A stretch of DNA of 64,000 nt from Eledone cirrhosa (lineage: Eukaryota), in assembly GCA_964016885.1 (NCBI GenBank), contig OZ024743.1, forward strand, positions 290,718,001 through 290,782,000. The letters are read 5' to 3'. The translations under genes and the position numbers were made by a program. Position 1 is the first letter of the stretch; each line of letters opens with the position of its first letter. The notes beneath the pieces were generated by a model, which was not told the origin of the DNA, ran no database searches, and saw only the letters and a program-made list of their open reading frames with translations. Below, one piece after another: positions 51,901 through 64,000 of this stretch.

Positions 51901-53058
51901 ATATCTTTGTTCCAGGTATTATTTATTTCAGCATTCAGATCATTGTCTGCTTCGGATGGTTCCTCCGTTCTCTCAACCTCTTCACCTTCATTTCCCACTG
52001 GCTTGTTTGCCTGGCATACTCCACACTCCATTTCCAACATAATCTCTCTGCTCAGTTCGTCCAGTTCCAGCTCGCTTATCCACCCATTAGTTCTTATTAC
52101 CCGAGCCTACCCGGCCAATTTTTGTTCATCTAATTTAAATAGACCAATCTCTGTCCAGATGTTATGCATCCGTTTCCTATAGCCTTTCTCCTTGGGGTTA
52201 CTTTCAGGTAACATTGCATAACAGCTCTATTAATTTCTTTCGTCCAGTTGGTTCCGGTCCCTTTCCTTTTTCCTCTTCATCCAACACCAGCAATATTTGG
52301 ATGACAGCCATGTCCCTGCTGCTGAGCCAGGGAGCACCTGCTCGGTGAGAGTCTGTCACATGACATTCCAGTCTCCACTTCACCGTTATTCGAACTGTTT
52401 AGATTCGACATTTAAACACTCTTAACGAGGATTGGTGAATGTATGGTTACATAAACACCGGTGATTTTAGTGTGGCACTATCACGCTGTAGACGAACATA
52501 AATAAACAAACAAACAAATAGGTAACCCCCCTCCCCCCCCCAAAAAAAAAGAAATAAGCATAAGTTTCATTGTAATGTAATGTTTGAATGTCTGACTTAG
52601 TTTTTTGTTTCCTTGTCTGTCTGTCTGTTTGTTTTTCTTTTCTTTTTTTTCTTTACGTTTTTCGTTACTGCTGTGCTGTTTTGATGTTGATTTTTGGTTT
52701 TTGATTTTTTGACCGGTCTTCAAATCAGTCTATTTATATGGGAATACTACGATGCCTGTCTTAGGAGGTAGTGGGAGAGAATAGCGGCGGTAGCGATAAT
52801 GAGGCAGTGGTACTGTGCTAGTAGTACTTAGCAGGAGGTAGTGGGAGAGAATAGCGGCGGTAGCAATAATGAGGCAGTGGTCATGTGATCGTAGTACTGT
52901 AGTGATGATGTTTAAGTTGAAGTAGAAATAGAAGGTGAGGTAACTTGACTAGGGTTTTGGGCGTGGTAGTGGTGTTGGTGGTGGTTTTGGTGGTGAAATG
53001 ATTTGCCTGTCTGTCCACTTAGTCATTTTTCTCTTTTTCTAATTTTTTATTTTTATTC
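48921..53058 (-). mobile_element. R4/Dong LINE, copy C, near full length (N-terminus, RT, CCHC, REL endonuclease), disrupted
   Basis: ORFs 51537..52040, 50913..51350 and 49555..50682 (catalytic MDD degenerated to VEE). CRIC..HIVSEC zinc knuckle at ~49495-49540. RPDLVVLDK..LIVDVACP restriction-like endonuclease in 48979..49440. Confidence 0.92.
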
Positions 53059-53264
53059 ATATTATTGGTCTAAGCAGACGTATTTTGCTCGCTCACGGTA
53101 AGTCGCTTTATTTGCCTGTTTAAACTATTTGTTGTTAAATATTTCTTGTTGTATAAGGGATATAAGCCCTTAGACTTTGCCCCGTGAAGGGGAAAGTATA
53201 ATATTTGGGCCCAAATATTTGAACTTTTTTTTACATGGTAAAAAATTTACGAAGAAAAAAAAAC

Positions 53265-55257
53265 ATGGCTGAGCCACGCCCCCAGCGATATGACGGCTGT
53301 CGTGCGACAACGACGTAGAAGTTGAGAGGAGCGCTACAGCGAAATTAACACACATTGATAACACAAACACGACCACAAACAAGGTAAACAAAGACACCAA
53401 TGATACCAATGAGAACTCTAACTTTGAAAAAAATGACAGTAACAGCGACAACGAAAATACAGATAACAAAAAAAATATAACAAATACAACAACAATATCA
53501 ACACCACTAACATGAAAACAAATAGCGACAACACCAACAGCAACAATACCAACTGCACCGAGAACAACGGTGGCAACAAAGACAACAATGATAACAGCGA
53601 CAGTGCTAACAACAACACCAACAAGAACAACGTCAACAACACCCCCAACGAAAGCAAGACCACTTTCGCTGCGGCAGCAGCAAAAAAGAGGCCATGCTTC
53701 AACATGGACCTCTCAAACAAAGATGAAATGTTGGCCCACACATGGAAGCTCATCAAGCAAGAGCAAACTTGGGCCAACTTAACTGTCCCGGTAGAAGCTA
53801 TTGAGGCAGTGGAGCGCAAAACGGTGCATTATAGATGCATCTCAGCACAAACTAAAAGGGCAGCTTTAATCCCACAAGAAGATGTCGAAGTCGCGCTGAG
53901 GTGCATCAGAGAAGACACCCAGTACATAGAGAGGGGCAGACAGTACGGCACCATTTCGGTGTTGTTCAAGTCAGACGCCCTCGCTATGAAACACGCTATG
54001 ACTCCTTGCAAAACCAGCAAGGTCATAATGTACTCCTCCCACATGGGAAAAATAACGGACCGTCTCTGCATTCCCAGAATCCCACCAGGACTTGACATGT
54101 GGTGGTTTCTGGGATGTGTGTTTGTGGAGGGGACAGATACAGTCCCTATAGAAGTGACCAGAAAGGCTAGAGAGGTCTGGTCCGGAGTTGACCTGGAGAT
54201 ACTTCTCCAGATCAGGCCCGAGAATGTGAAGACAATCCCAGACCACATCCGCCTTCAGAATGGGACTGTCATTCACATTATGACCGAAGGCAAAAGGCCG
54301 CAGTGTTTTGTTTGTGGGGAAAAACCCATTTGCGAGCCTTCTGACTCAACTGCTGAAAGAGGCAAGGGGTCGAAAGGCTCCACGGCTGTCGACGCCGGGA
54401 CGGGGACCACAACTAACACCTGCACCGGCAAAACCAGCAACAAGAATACCAATAGAAAGACCACCACCAACATTGACCACCCAGGGGGGAAACGAGGAAA
54501 GCTGTCAAATTCCCCCTCCCCCAAAAATACACACACCAATAAAACCTTAAACATACATACAGACACACTTACAGACATAGACCCCTCATCTACCAGTAGC
54601 GAAAATGGGGGAAATCCCAATTCCCCCAAAATACAAAAAAGGAAACACAAAAAGAAAAAAAAAAAATCAACAAAGCACAAAAGCACCCACAATAAAAAAC
54701 GCAGACACCACCCACGCAAACATCTCTCCAATAACACCAATATCAACACCACCATCACCATCACCAGAATCCCCCAAACGCAAACAACCGAAACAGACGC
54801 AAGAACAAATATACACACAAACATCTGAAGCCACAGACATCGCACTCACAACAAACACAGATACAACCGAAACAACACCACCAAAACCATCACCACCACA
54901 ACCACGCCAACAAATAAAATCACACCAACAAAACATACAAAACTTCGTGCTCGTCAGGAGGGCCAACAAGGAACTGATAGCCCTCGTTGCACGAAGTGAA
55001 AATATACAAAAAGAGTGGAAATGTTTAAATCGAGCACATTTCGCGTGCCGGAAGATTTGGTTCTGGTGCGAATGTCGCTCGACATATTCAAAGAAATACG
55101 AGACAGCTTTCCACGGGACGTGGGAACCCCGAACGTAAAACCCACTTCAAGACTTTTAAAGGGGTTCCCAAAAGAAACCACACTAACTATGGAGGTCGAA
55201 CAACCGGACCTTCGCAAGAGCCGGAAGGTAAGTAAACCTTCCTCTCTCTCTGTTTAA
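53265..55257 (+). pseudogene. Tx1 ORF1 (gag-like, zinc knuckle), frameshifted
   Basis: 438-aa ORF with TFAAAA and EGKRPQCFVCG; homologous to 59183-61276. Confidence 0.75.
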
Positions 55258-55266
55258 CCTGCAAAC

Positions 55267-58200
55267 ATGGCCGTATTAAGAGTAGGATTTTTAAATGTTC
55301 GAGGCCTGGGATCGTCCTGGAGGCAGGGCCACCTGCTCAACGACCTCAGGTCTATAGAATTGGATGTAATTGCAGTCAGCTAGACCAGGATTTACGACAC
55401 GCGCGCACTAGCCCCCATTTTCGACGACTATCAGATATTTGCGTCTGTTAGCCGGCCGGGAATGGGAGGCGGGGTGGCAGTGCTGTTTAGGAAAGGCCTG
55501 GATCTCGAGGTAAGGTCGATCTTCCGGGACCCGGACGGGAAGTTGGTGGTCCTGGTCGTGAACAATAATGAAGGTGGTGCCTTTAGACTGGTGGCCGTCT
55601 ATGCTCCTACTGGGGCAGGACGGCCGAACTTCTTTAGACGCCTGGAAGCCTTTCTGGGTACGTCTCGCACTTTACTGTTAGCGGGAGACTGGAACGGCAT
55701 CTTAGACGCACGTTGGGACTGTGTGGGAGTATCCGATAGGAGCGGGGGGTGCAAAAGCTTCAAGAATCTGATCAGCCAGTTCCAACTGTCTGACAGGTAC
55801 CGACTAGATTTCCCTAATGCGCTAGTGTGGACCTGGGCTAACCGCATAGGGTCATCTAGATCGTATATAGACAGGATATTCATTGGGAAAATATACAAAA
55901 ATAGTGTAAGCTGTCCACGTTTTGAAACGGTCGCCTATTCAGATCACAAGTTGTGATCTGTATGGTCGACCTAGATAAGACGCGTAGGTTAGGACCTCGT
56001 TACTGGAAGTTAAACATGTAATTTCCGGCACGTAAGGCTTACAGGGACCAGATCAACAATTTTGTTAAGAAAAAGTTAACAGGGGGAGTCGTCAACAATA
56101 GATGGTGGGGGGGCTCTCAAAAGAGAGATTAGAGTAATGTCGATAGAGTTTAGCAAAGGAGTAGCATTAGAGAAAAATATAAAGGAGGGGGAGTTGGTAG
56201 ATAAGTTAGACGAGGCTATTGGTAGTGGCATTGCAACTGATGTGCTAGCGGCGAGAATGGCATTAGACTATTTCCTCAATGCGAAACACAAAGGTTATAT
56301 TGTCAGAGCTAAGGCGCGTGCTCTGAGAAACGAGGGAACCAAAGCTGTTCGATGGGCCCGCATTGCAGAGGCGCAGCGTGGTAATAAAACCACGATTCGG
56401 TCTTTGACGGACCAAGACGGGCACGAGCTGAGCGATTCCAAGAGGATGTGTGAGACCTTTCGCCAACATTTTGCTCGGTTGTTCGGGGGAAGTGGCGGGT
56501 GAGAGATTATGCGGCCTTCAGTCCCTAACTCGATGGCTTGCCGCAACTCTCGACGGCTGACGCTGGGCGCTGCGAAAGGCCAATTACTTCAGCCGAGATT
56601 CAGGATGCCCTTGTTGGCTGCATGAGGCGCAAGTCACCCGGTTTGGATGGTCTGCCCTACGAGCTTTACGCAAATATGCCAGACTTGTTCTCCAATCTCC
56701 TCGAAGCCCTCTACTGCAACTGGCAGCAAAACGGGAGTATTCCCAGTTCTGTGAGCCGGGGCGTAGTGACTCTGATAAGGAAAAATGAGAACAAGAGGGA
56801 CACATTAGACAATTTCAGGCCCATAACTCTGCTCAACAAAGAGTTTAAGATTTTGGCCAGGGTGTTAGCGAAGATGTTGGCGCTTGTCGTCGGGGATTTG
56901 GTTGGGGAGGCGCAAACTTGCGCAATCCCAACCAGGTCCATACACGACAACCTCCACCTAATGCGATACATCATAGATAGGGTAGTGTGTAAACCTGGCT
57001 TCGGTGGGGCTCTGATCAATTTAGATCAATCAAAAGCATTCGATAGTGTCGACCATCGCTACCTGGAGGCTGTCCTCAAGGCGGCTGGCTTCGGCCCCGT
57101 CTTCATAAGCTGGATCGCTGCAATGCACAGCGGCACCTGCTGGATGGTCAAAGTTAATGGCCACCTCTCGGAACCGTTTCAGATCTCCCGATCGTACCGT
57201 CACGGGTGCCCTCTCTCCTCCCTTCTGTACGTATTGACTCTCGAGCCTTTACTGCGGAAGCTGGAGCTGTTGCAGGGCATCCCGCTCGAACCGGGATGCG
57301 GAAAGGCTGTGTCGGCTTATGCGGACGACATCACCGCGATGGTGTCGGACACCTCAGAAATCGAGGTGGTCGGCATCTTATTGGAGGAATATGAAAGGTT
57401 GACGGGAGCAAAACTTAACCCGGAAAAGTCAGTAGGCTTGCAACTCGGCACCTGGAGAGGCAAGTCGTTAGGCGCTGGACGGACGGACCGGTAAAGTTGC
57501 TAGGGGTTTGGTTCGAGCCAGACCTCCAGGTGGATAAGAATTGGGACGAGGTAACGGGCAGGGTAGTCAGTCTCACCCAGAAATGGGCTGGGATGAAGCT
57601 ATCACTGAAAGGTGGGGCGGAGGTGGCGAACGCGTACATCGCGTCCGTCATCTACTACCGTCTGACTGTTGTCCCATGCCCCCATACGCGCCTCGCCATC
57701 TTGGAGCGGCTCCTCTCCAAATTCTTGTGGAGGTGTCAGCTTCCGATATGAGGCGCTCCATCTGCTGCAAGCACCCTCTACGTGAAGGGCTGAGCATGCC
57801 GTGGCTAATAATGCGCAGGCACGCGCTGAGGCTGCGGCATCTCCAGATATTCTGCCTAAACGGTGAACAGGTGTGGTCGCCATTTGTCAGACGGACCTTT
57901 CCGCAGGTCGTTTCTTTGACTGAGTTGCATCCTGGGTCAAGAAGAGACCGAGACTGGGTGACTGACATCTGGAATGTTTCCAGGCACTCACTGCCCTCTA
58001 CCAGGCGGGCAATGCGGTCAGTGGAACTTCCACTCTCGAGTTCTATAGAGGATTAGTGGTGGGAAAGTGCGACGAATCACTCGGAGAGACTCTGGTAGTC
58101 AACGAAGTCGAACTAACCAGTCTGTACCGGAGGACTTTCGAGCCGGGGACGATGGATAATTTCCAAAAAAATCCCTCGCTTGGCAGTGCTACCTAGGGGC

Positions 58201-58677
58201 ACTGCCGGTTCGGGATAAACTCTACAGGCACGGAAGTGCTGTCAGACGGCCCTGCCCGAGATGTGCGCAGAGCGACGAAACCGTTCTACACGCACTCGTC
58301 CATTGTCCGTGCATTACTGACTTGTGGAGTTATGTTGAACAGCTGTTGTCGCGTGTAGAACGGATCCGGCTATCAGCCGCGTCCATAGTGAAGATCGACC
58401 CGCCGCCTTCTTTCGGCCAGGAAGGGCAGGCAATTTTCCTCTGTCTGGTGGCAGTAGCGAAAGAGGTTGTATGGTGGACGAGGCTGAAAGGACTGAAGAC
58501 AGACCCTTTTCTCTTCGGCCAATCCCTCATCAACTTTTTCAAGTTTTACTTGGAAAGGAGGGTGAGGGTGGAGAGAGCTGTGCTCCCCCCCCCCCCCGCA
58601 GTACATTTGCTGAAAGGTGGGTGAATGTAGCGAGAATCGCTCGTGTGAGTGGGCCTACTCTGGTCATGCGGCTGTAG
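55267..58677 (+). pseudogene. Tx1 ORF2 (APE-RT-CCHC) with stops and frameshifts
   Basis: Fragments 55462..55956, 56137..56502, 56538..57494 and 58322..58624. Confidence 0.88.
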
Positions 58678-58966
58678 GTAGGTAAATTTGAAGAGGAGAG
58701 GGGTGCCCATCCAGGCTGGTCTCGAAGCGTGGGGTCGTTCAGGACTGGTGGGGTACCTGAGCGAACCCTAGGTGTTCATCCCCCTATTGGGGAATTTTTT
58801 CTTGTAATTTTCTTGTTACTTTATTGTTACTTTGTTATTGTTACTTTGTTTATTCATATTGTTTACTCGATTTTTCTGTAAAACCCCACTGTCACAGTCT
58901 TTTGTATTGTCCCCTATATGTCAGCCCTTGTGGCCAATAAATGAAATCATTATTATTATTATTATT

Positions 58967-61900
58967 GAATGCTATGGTTGACGGAGGCTCGGCTCTGTAA
59001 GGTATTGTAAATTTTGAACACTATAACAATTGTAAATTGTTTAAAACTTTAACGAACTTGTAGACAAAAACACCCTCCTCCCCGTGAGAGGGGTCTTTCT
59101 GCCCGTTATTTGGCCCTTCGGGGTTAAATAACTGCTTATTGGGGTTTTGTGCCCAATATTTATTTTAAACAAAAAAAACAACATGGCTACGAAAAAGAAA
59201 TTTCATAGGTCACTCCCACTCATTCCGTCTTCTTCTTCCTCAATCATCACTACAGCAGAGAGAAGATTGTCTCTCTCCCTCCCTTCTTTAAATGTGTCTC
59301 TCTCCCTCCCTTCTCTTTCGCAAGCGACGAAAGAAAAGAAAAGTCTCGTGCAAAGCGTGCAAGGTTTCTCCACGACGACGACGACAGCGACGAAACAGGT
59401 GTGCGGGAAATACGAAAACCCAGTTCATTCGTCTGACGTCAGGAATAATAGCAGTAGCAGCCGTAATAACAACAGCAACAGTGACAATGAAAGCAACAGT
59501 AGCAGCCGCAACAGCATCACCAGCAGCATAAACAACAACAGCATTAGCAGCAGCAACGCCAACAACAACCACAGCAACAGCGGCGGAGGCAGTAGTCGTA
59601 GTACCTGCAGCAACAACAAAAGTAACAGCAGCTCTGACGACAACAACAACAACAGCAGCAAAGAAAAACCAATCTCATTTGCAGGTATTGCGAAAAACTT
59701 GGAAACAATCCTCATAACAAATGAGGAATTAGAGGAAGCGAAGAAGATGGTGACAAAGACTGGACACCGAGCAATCTGCAAGGCAGCGGAAACATTTTTC
59801 GAAACCCAACATCACTGTACGGTCACGTACCGTACAGTAAGTACAAAATCCCGTAGGGTGGAAAGAGCCATAGAGGCTCAAATACAAAAAGCCTTGGGGT
59901 CTGTGTGGCAGCGGAAAACGCACATCAACCGAGGAAAATAATATGCCACCGTAGACGTACTTTTTGCCACACCCCAGGAGGCAAAGGCCCAATCCGTAGT
60001 GACCCTAAGGAGCGAGGAAATGGTGTTGGTGCCCTCCTACTGCGGGCAAACAATTGTGAGGGTCAAACTCCCCCCCCCCCCCCGGGATGGCCCCTTCTTG
60101 GCTGGCCGCGTCTGTCCTCGTCGGAATCGAGGACAAAACAACTGTACTGCAAGTACAGAAAAAAGTAAGAGAAGATTGGGTCGGCACCTCCATTGAGATG
60201 CTAATCCAAACCAACCAGGAGTGCATCGAAGCTATCCCGGATGTGATAGACTTCGATAACGGCACTCAACTGCCCATAAGTGTTGAGGGAAAACGCCCGA
60301 AATGCTTTCGCTGTGGATCGAAGACTCACCTCAGGGCCTTCTACAACGAGAAGACCCTGAGAAAGGAGAAAACCCCCCTCCTTCCGAAACCGGCTCCACG
60401 GCTACCAGCAACAGGACAAGCGGCAACCAGGAACGATAGTTCCGTGGCACCCATACCCACGCCACGGAAATCAAAAATAGCAGCAGCAGTGGAAATATTA
60501 ACAACAACAACAGCAATACCGAATGCAGCTGCAACAGAGACTCCAGTGCAAACATCACCAACAACAACAAGTGAAAGAGTGGAGCTGGTACCCCTCCCCG
60601 ACCTCACAGAATCAGACAGGGAGTGTGAGGTGGGAGAGGGATGGCAAAAGGTCGTAAGAAGGCACAAACGCAGAAGCAGCGCATCGTCGCCTTTGAAAAG
60701 GGAGGAAAGAAATGAGAAAATGGTAAAGTCTACTGCAAAGAGACCCACAGCAGCAACACCACCAACACCATCACCACCCACACTAGCACCACCATCACCA
60801 CCGGCGACAACCCCACCGCTAACAACACCTTCAGCACCACCACCACAAGCACCAACATCGCAAACACAACAACAAAACACACACACCCAGCAACAACGAC
60901 AAGAAAATAGCAGAACCACACCCAGAAAAACAAATGCACGGCAATAAATACACACAACAAGAAACTAATGACTTACATAATTGAACACACAGACATTTCA
61001 CAACAGGACTACATAATACCAGCACCAATCAAAACGATAACTAACATAAGACTGCTAAAAATAGCACAGAAACAATACACAAACATTAAAACGAAATTCC
61101 CCAACGCAGTTGGTGATTTCAGGGACCTAGGAGGAACTATCAATCGAAGAGTATATTCAGACATTCTCATAGAAGAGCCGACGACCAGCCGAAGGGACGA
61201 TTCAACGGTACCTTCACCAGACGATCAAGTGAAAAGGGATGTAAAAACCATCCCTCCTCTACCAAAAGTACGGTAAGTGGTCTTTCCCATCTTTTCCACG
61301 CTATTTTAAACATGACCTCACTCAGAATAGGCAGCATAAATGCGCGTGGCTTGGGGTCGTCATGGAAGCAGGGTCACCTGCTCAACGACCTCAGGTCACT
61401 AAACATAGATGTAGTGGCCATCAGCGAGACCAGAATCTCAGAAGCACGGGCCTTCGCACCGATCTTCGGCGGCTACGATGTGTACGCATCTCCCAGCCGT
61501 CCTGGATCGGGGGGAGGAGTTGCTGTGCTTTTTCGGAGAGGTTTGGATCTCGCCATACGGGCCATCTTCCTGGACCCAGAGGGTAAGCTGGTGGTGCTGT
61601 ACGTGACCAGCGGAGACGGGCAAGCTTTCAGGCTAGTGGCCGTCTATCCCCCGACAGCAGCAGGGCGGCCTGATTTCTTCCGGCGTCTGGAGACTTTTCT
61701 TGGAACGTCCCGCTCTTTAGTGTTAGTGGGCGACTGGAACGGGATCTTAGATGCACGCTGGGACCTTGTGGGATTAGCGGATAGGGGTGGAGGGTGCAAG
61801 AGCCTCACCAACCTGCTCAGGCGTTTTTAACTGTCTGACAGGTACCGATTGGATTTCCCGAATGTGCCAATGTGGACTTGGACAAATCGCATAAGGTCAT

Positions 61901-64000
61901 CCAGATCATATATAGATAGAGTATTTTGTAGGGAAATAGATAGGTCTAGCATAGGCTGTCCACAATTCAAGATAGTCAGCTACACGGACCACAAATTCGT
62001 GATCTGTGTGCTTGACTTACATAGGCTTCATAGACGAGGACCCGGCTACTGGAAGCTAAACGCGTCCTTACCAGCGCGCAAGGCCTACAGAGACCGGATT
62101 AGCGAACTAGTTAAGCGGGCGTTGACGGGGGCCATCGTCAACAACAAGTGGTGGTTTGCTCTGAAAAGAGCGATTAGAATAGAATCCATTAGGTTTAGTA
62201 AGGCTTTAGCAATAGAGAAAAATAGAGCAGAGGGAGAACTAGTTAGAAAATTAGACGAGGCGCTTAGCAAAAGCATTGCGACCAACGTACTTGCGGCGAA
62301 ATTGGCCCTTGACCAATTCTTCAATGCAAAGCACGAAGGCTGCGTTGTCAGAGCAAGGGTGCGTGCTCTCAGACACGAGGGGACGAAAGCCGTTCAATGG
62401 GCCCGAGTGGCGGAGGCGCGTCGTGGAAACAAAGCCACGATCCGGTCTTTGGTGGACCACGACGGGCGCATGCTACTCGATCCCGGGAAAATGTGTGAAG
62501 CTTTTCAGCGACACTTCGCTCAGCTGTTCGGGGGCAGCGGTGGGCCGGGTCGAGGGATGGACTTTAGTGTCTACCTCGACGGACTGCCGCGGCTCTCGGC
62601 CACTGAGGCGAAGTGTTGCGAAAAGCCGATAACAGCCGCTGAAGTAAGGGAGGCAATGACTGGCTGCACAAGGGGTAAATCGCCTGGTTTGGATGGTCTG
62701 CCCTATGAACTTTACGTACAGATGCCAGACTTGTTCGGAGGCCTCTTGGCGGACGTCTACTGCAACTGGCAACAGAACGGGAGAATTCCCAGTTCTGTGA
62801 GCCGAGGAGCGGTGGCACTGCTGAGAAAGGATCCGAACAAGGGGGATAACATAGATAATTTCCGGCCCATAACTCTGCTAAACACAGTGTTCAAGATTTT
62901 GGCCAAGGTGCTAGCAAAGAGGTTGGCGCTTGTCGTTGGTGGTCTGGTGGGAGAGGCGCAGACATGCGCCATTCCCGACAGATCCATCCACGACAACCTC
63001 CACCTCATGCGATACATCGTAGAGAGGGTAGCTAGGGAACCTGGCACGGGTGGGTCCTTGATCAATTTAGATCAGTCGAAAGCTTTCGATAGGGTCGACC
63101 ATCGTTACCTAGCGGCAGTCCTGAGGGCGTCTGGCTTTGGGCCCGTCTTCAGAGGCTGGATCGCTGCCATGCACAGCGACATCTGCTCTGTGGTGAGAGT
63201 GAACGGTCACCTGTCGGAACCGTTCAACATCATGCGCTCGGTCCGCCAAGGATGTCCCCTCTCGTCCCTCTTGTACGTATTGACTCTCGAGCCATTACTG
63301 CACAAACTGGAGACGTTGAAGGGCGTCCCGCGCGAACTAGGATGCGGAAGATCCGTGTCAGCATATGCGGACGATGTCGCCGTAGTGGTGTCGAACGCCA
63401 AACACATCGAGGCGATCGGCACTACACTAAGAGAATACGAAGCGGTGACAGTAGCAATGATCAACCACGAAAAGTCAGTGGGCCTTAGCTCGGCACCTGC
63501 AGAGGCAGGACCCTGCCATCCAACAGCGTCGTCGGACGCTGGACCGACGGACGGGTTAAATTGCTAGGGGTCTGGTTCGGTCCGGACCTCCAGACGGACA
63601 AAAACTGGGACGAAGTGACGAGCAGGGTGGCTTCTCTCACCCAGAAATGGGCGGAGAGGAAGCTATCTCTGAAAGGTCGAGCGGAGGTGGCTAACGCGTA
63701 CATCGCGTCTGTCATCTGCTACCGCCTGACCGTGGTACCTTGTCCTAAGCCTCGCCTGACTGCGCTGGAGTGTTTGCTCTTTCGCTTTATGTGGAAGGGA
63801 CGCGCTCCGATGGTCAGGCGGTCCATCTGTTGTCAACACCCGCTACGTGGAGGGCTGGGCTTGCCGTGGCTGATGATGCGCAGGCACGCGCTCAGGCTAC
63901 GACATCTCCACCTCTTCCTCGACGGAGATCAGGTGTGGTCACCGTTTGCTAGACACGTATTTCCCCAGCTCGTTTCCTTGACGGAGCTGCAGTCCTGGTT
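58967..64000 (+). mobile_element. Second Tx1/L1-clade LINE (different subfamily), running off the window end
   Basis: ORF1 59183-61276 (ISFAGIAK, EGKRPKCFRCGSKTH). ORF2 from 61312 (INARG, SET, GDWN, TDH; RT VRQGCPLS, AYADD). Confidence 0.92.
61312..64000 (+). pseudogene. Tx1 ORF2 (APE plus RT); stop at ~61828 and frameshift at ~63485
   Basis: ORFs 61312..61830 and 61849..63567 are in frame across a single TAA. Confidence 0.88.

Larger units (their letters stand above)
53067..58966 (+). mobile_element. Tx1/L1-clade LINE, near full length, disrupted
   Basis: ORF1 ~53265-55257 (KRPQCFVCG). ORF2 from 55267: APE (NVRG, GGGVAVL, GDWN, YIDRI, SDH), RT (KSPGLDG, FRPITLLN, LDQSKAFD, AYADD) and CCHC. 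AATAAA plus (TTA)n tail. Confidence 0.92.

Noticed and set aside
53130-53225. Twister-like loop GGATATAAGCCC
   Set aside because: The required pseudoknot partner and GA motif are absent.

Overview
AT-rich animal genomic DNA made almost entirely of transposable elements and microsatellites. The SINE types and LINE mix resemble an octopus/cephalopod genome; this is inference. No host gene could be supported, and most short ORFs in the track are microsatellite or antisense noise. Recognisable elements: three R4/Dong-type LINEs (minus strand); two near-full-length plus three truncated Tx1/L1-type LINEs (plus strand); three Penelope-like elements (PLE; RT and/or GIY-YIG); RTE and CR1 3' fragments; a Helitron fragment; a hAT-like transposase remnant; MITEs; tRNA-derived SINEs; and a degenerate pyrimidine-rich satellite. 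The main signal is a dense set of small non-coding elements from several unrelated families that each carry a type I hammerhead ribozyme (HHR) motif. They occur as ~430-530 bp partial tandem repeats (retrozyme-like) and as fold-back hairpins, mostly next to (TA)n tracts and near PLEs whose 3' ends carry similar HHR-like motifs. A second signal is a ~20 kb nested LINE array at 44.4-64 kb in which Tx1 and Dong elements occupy (TTA)n tracts in opposite orientations and share 5' leader motifs. All coordinates and pairings were read by eye.
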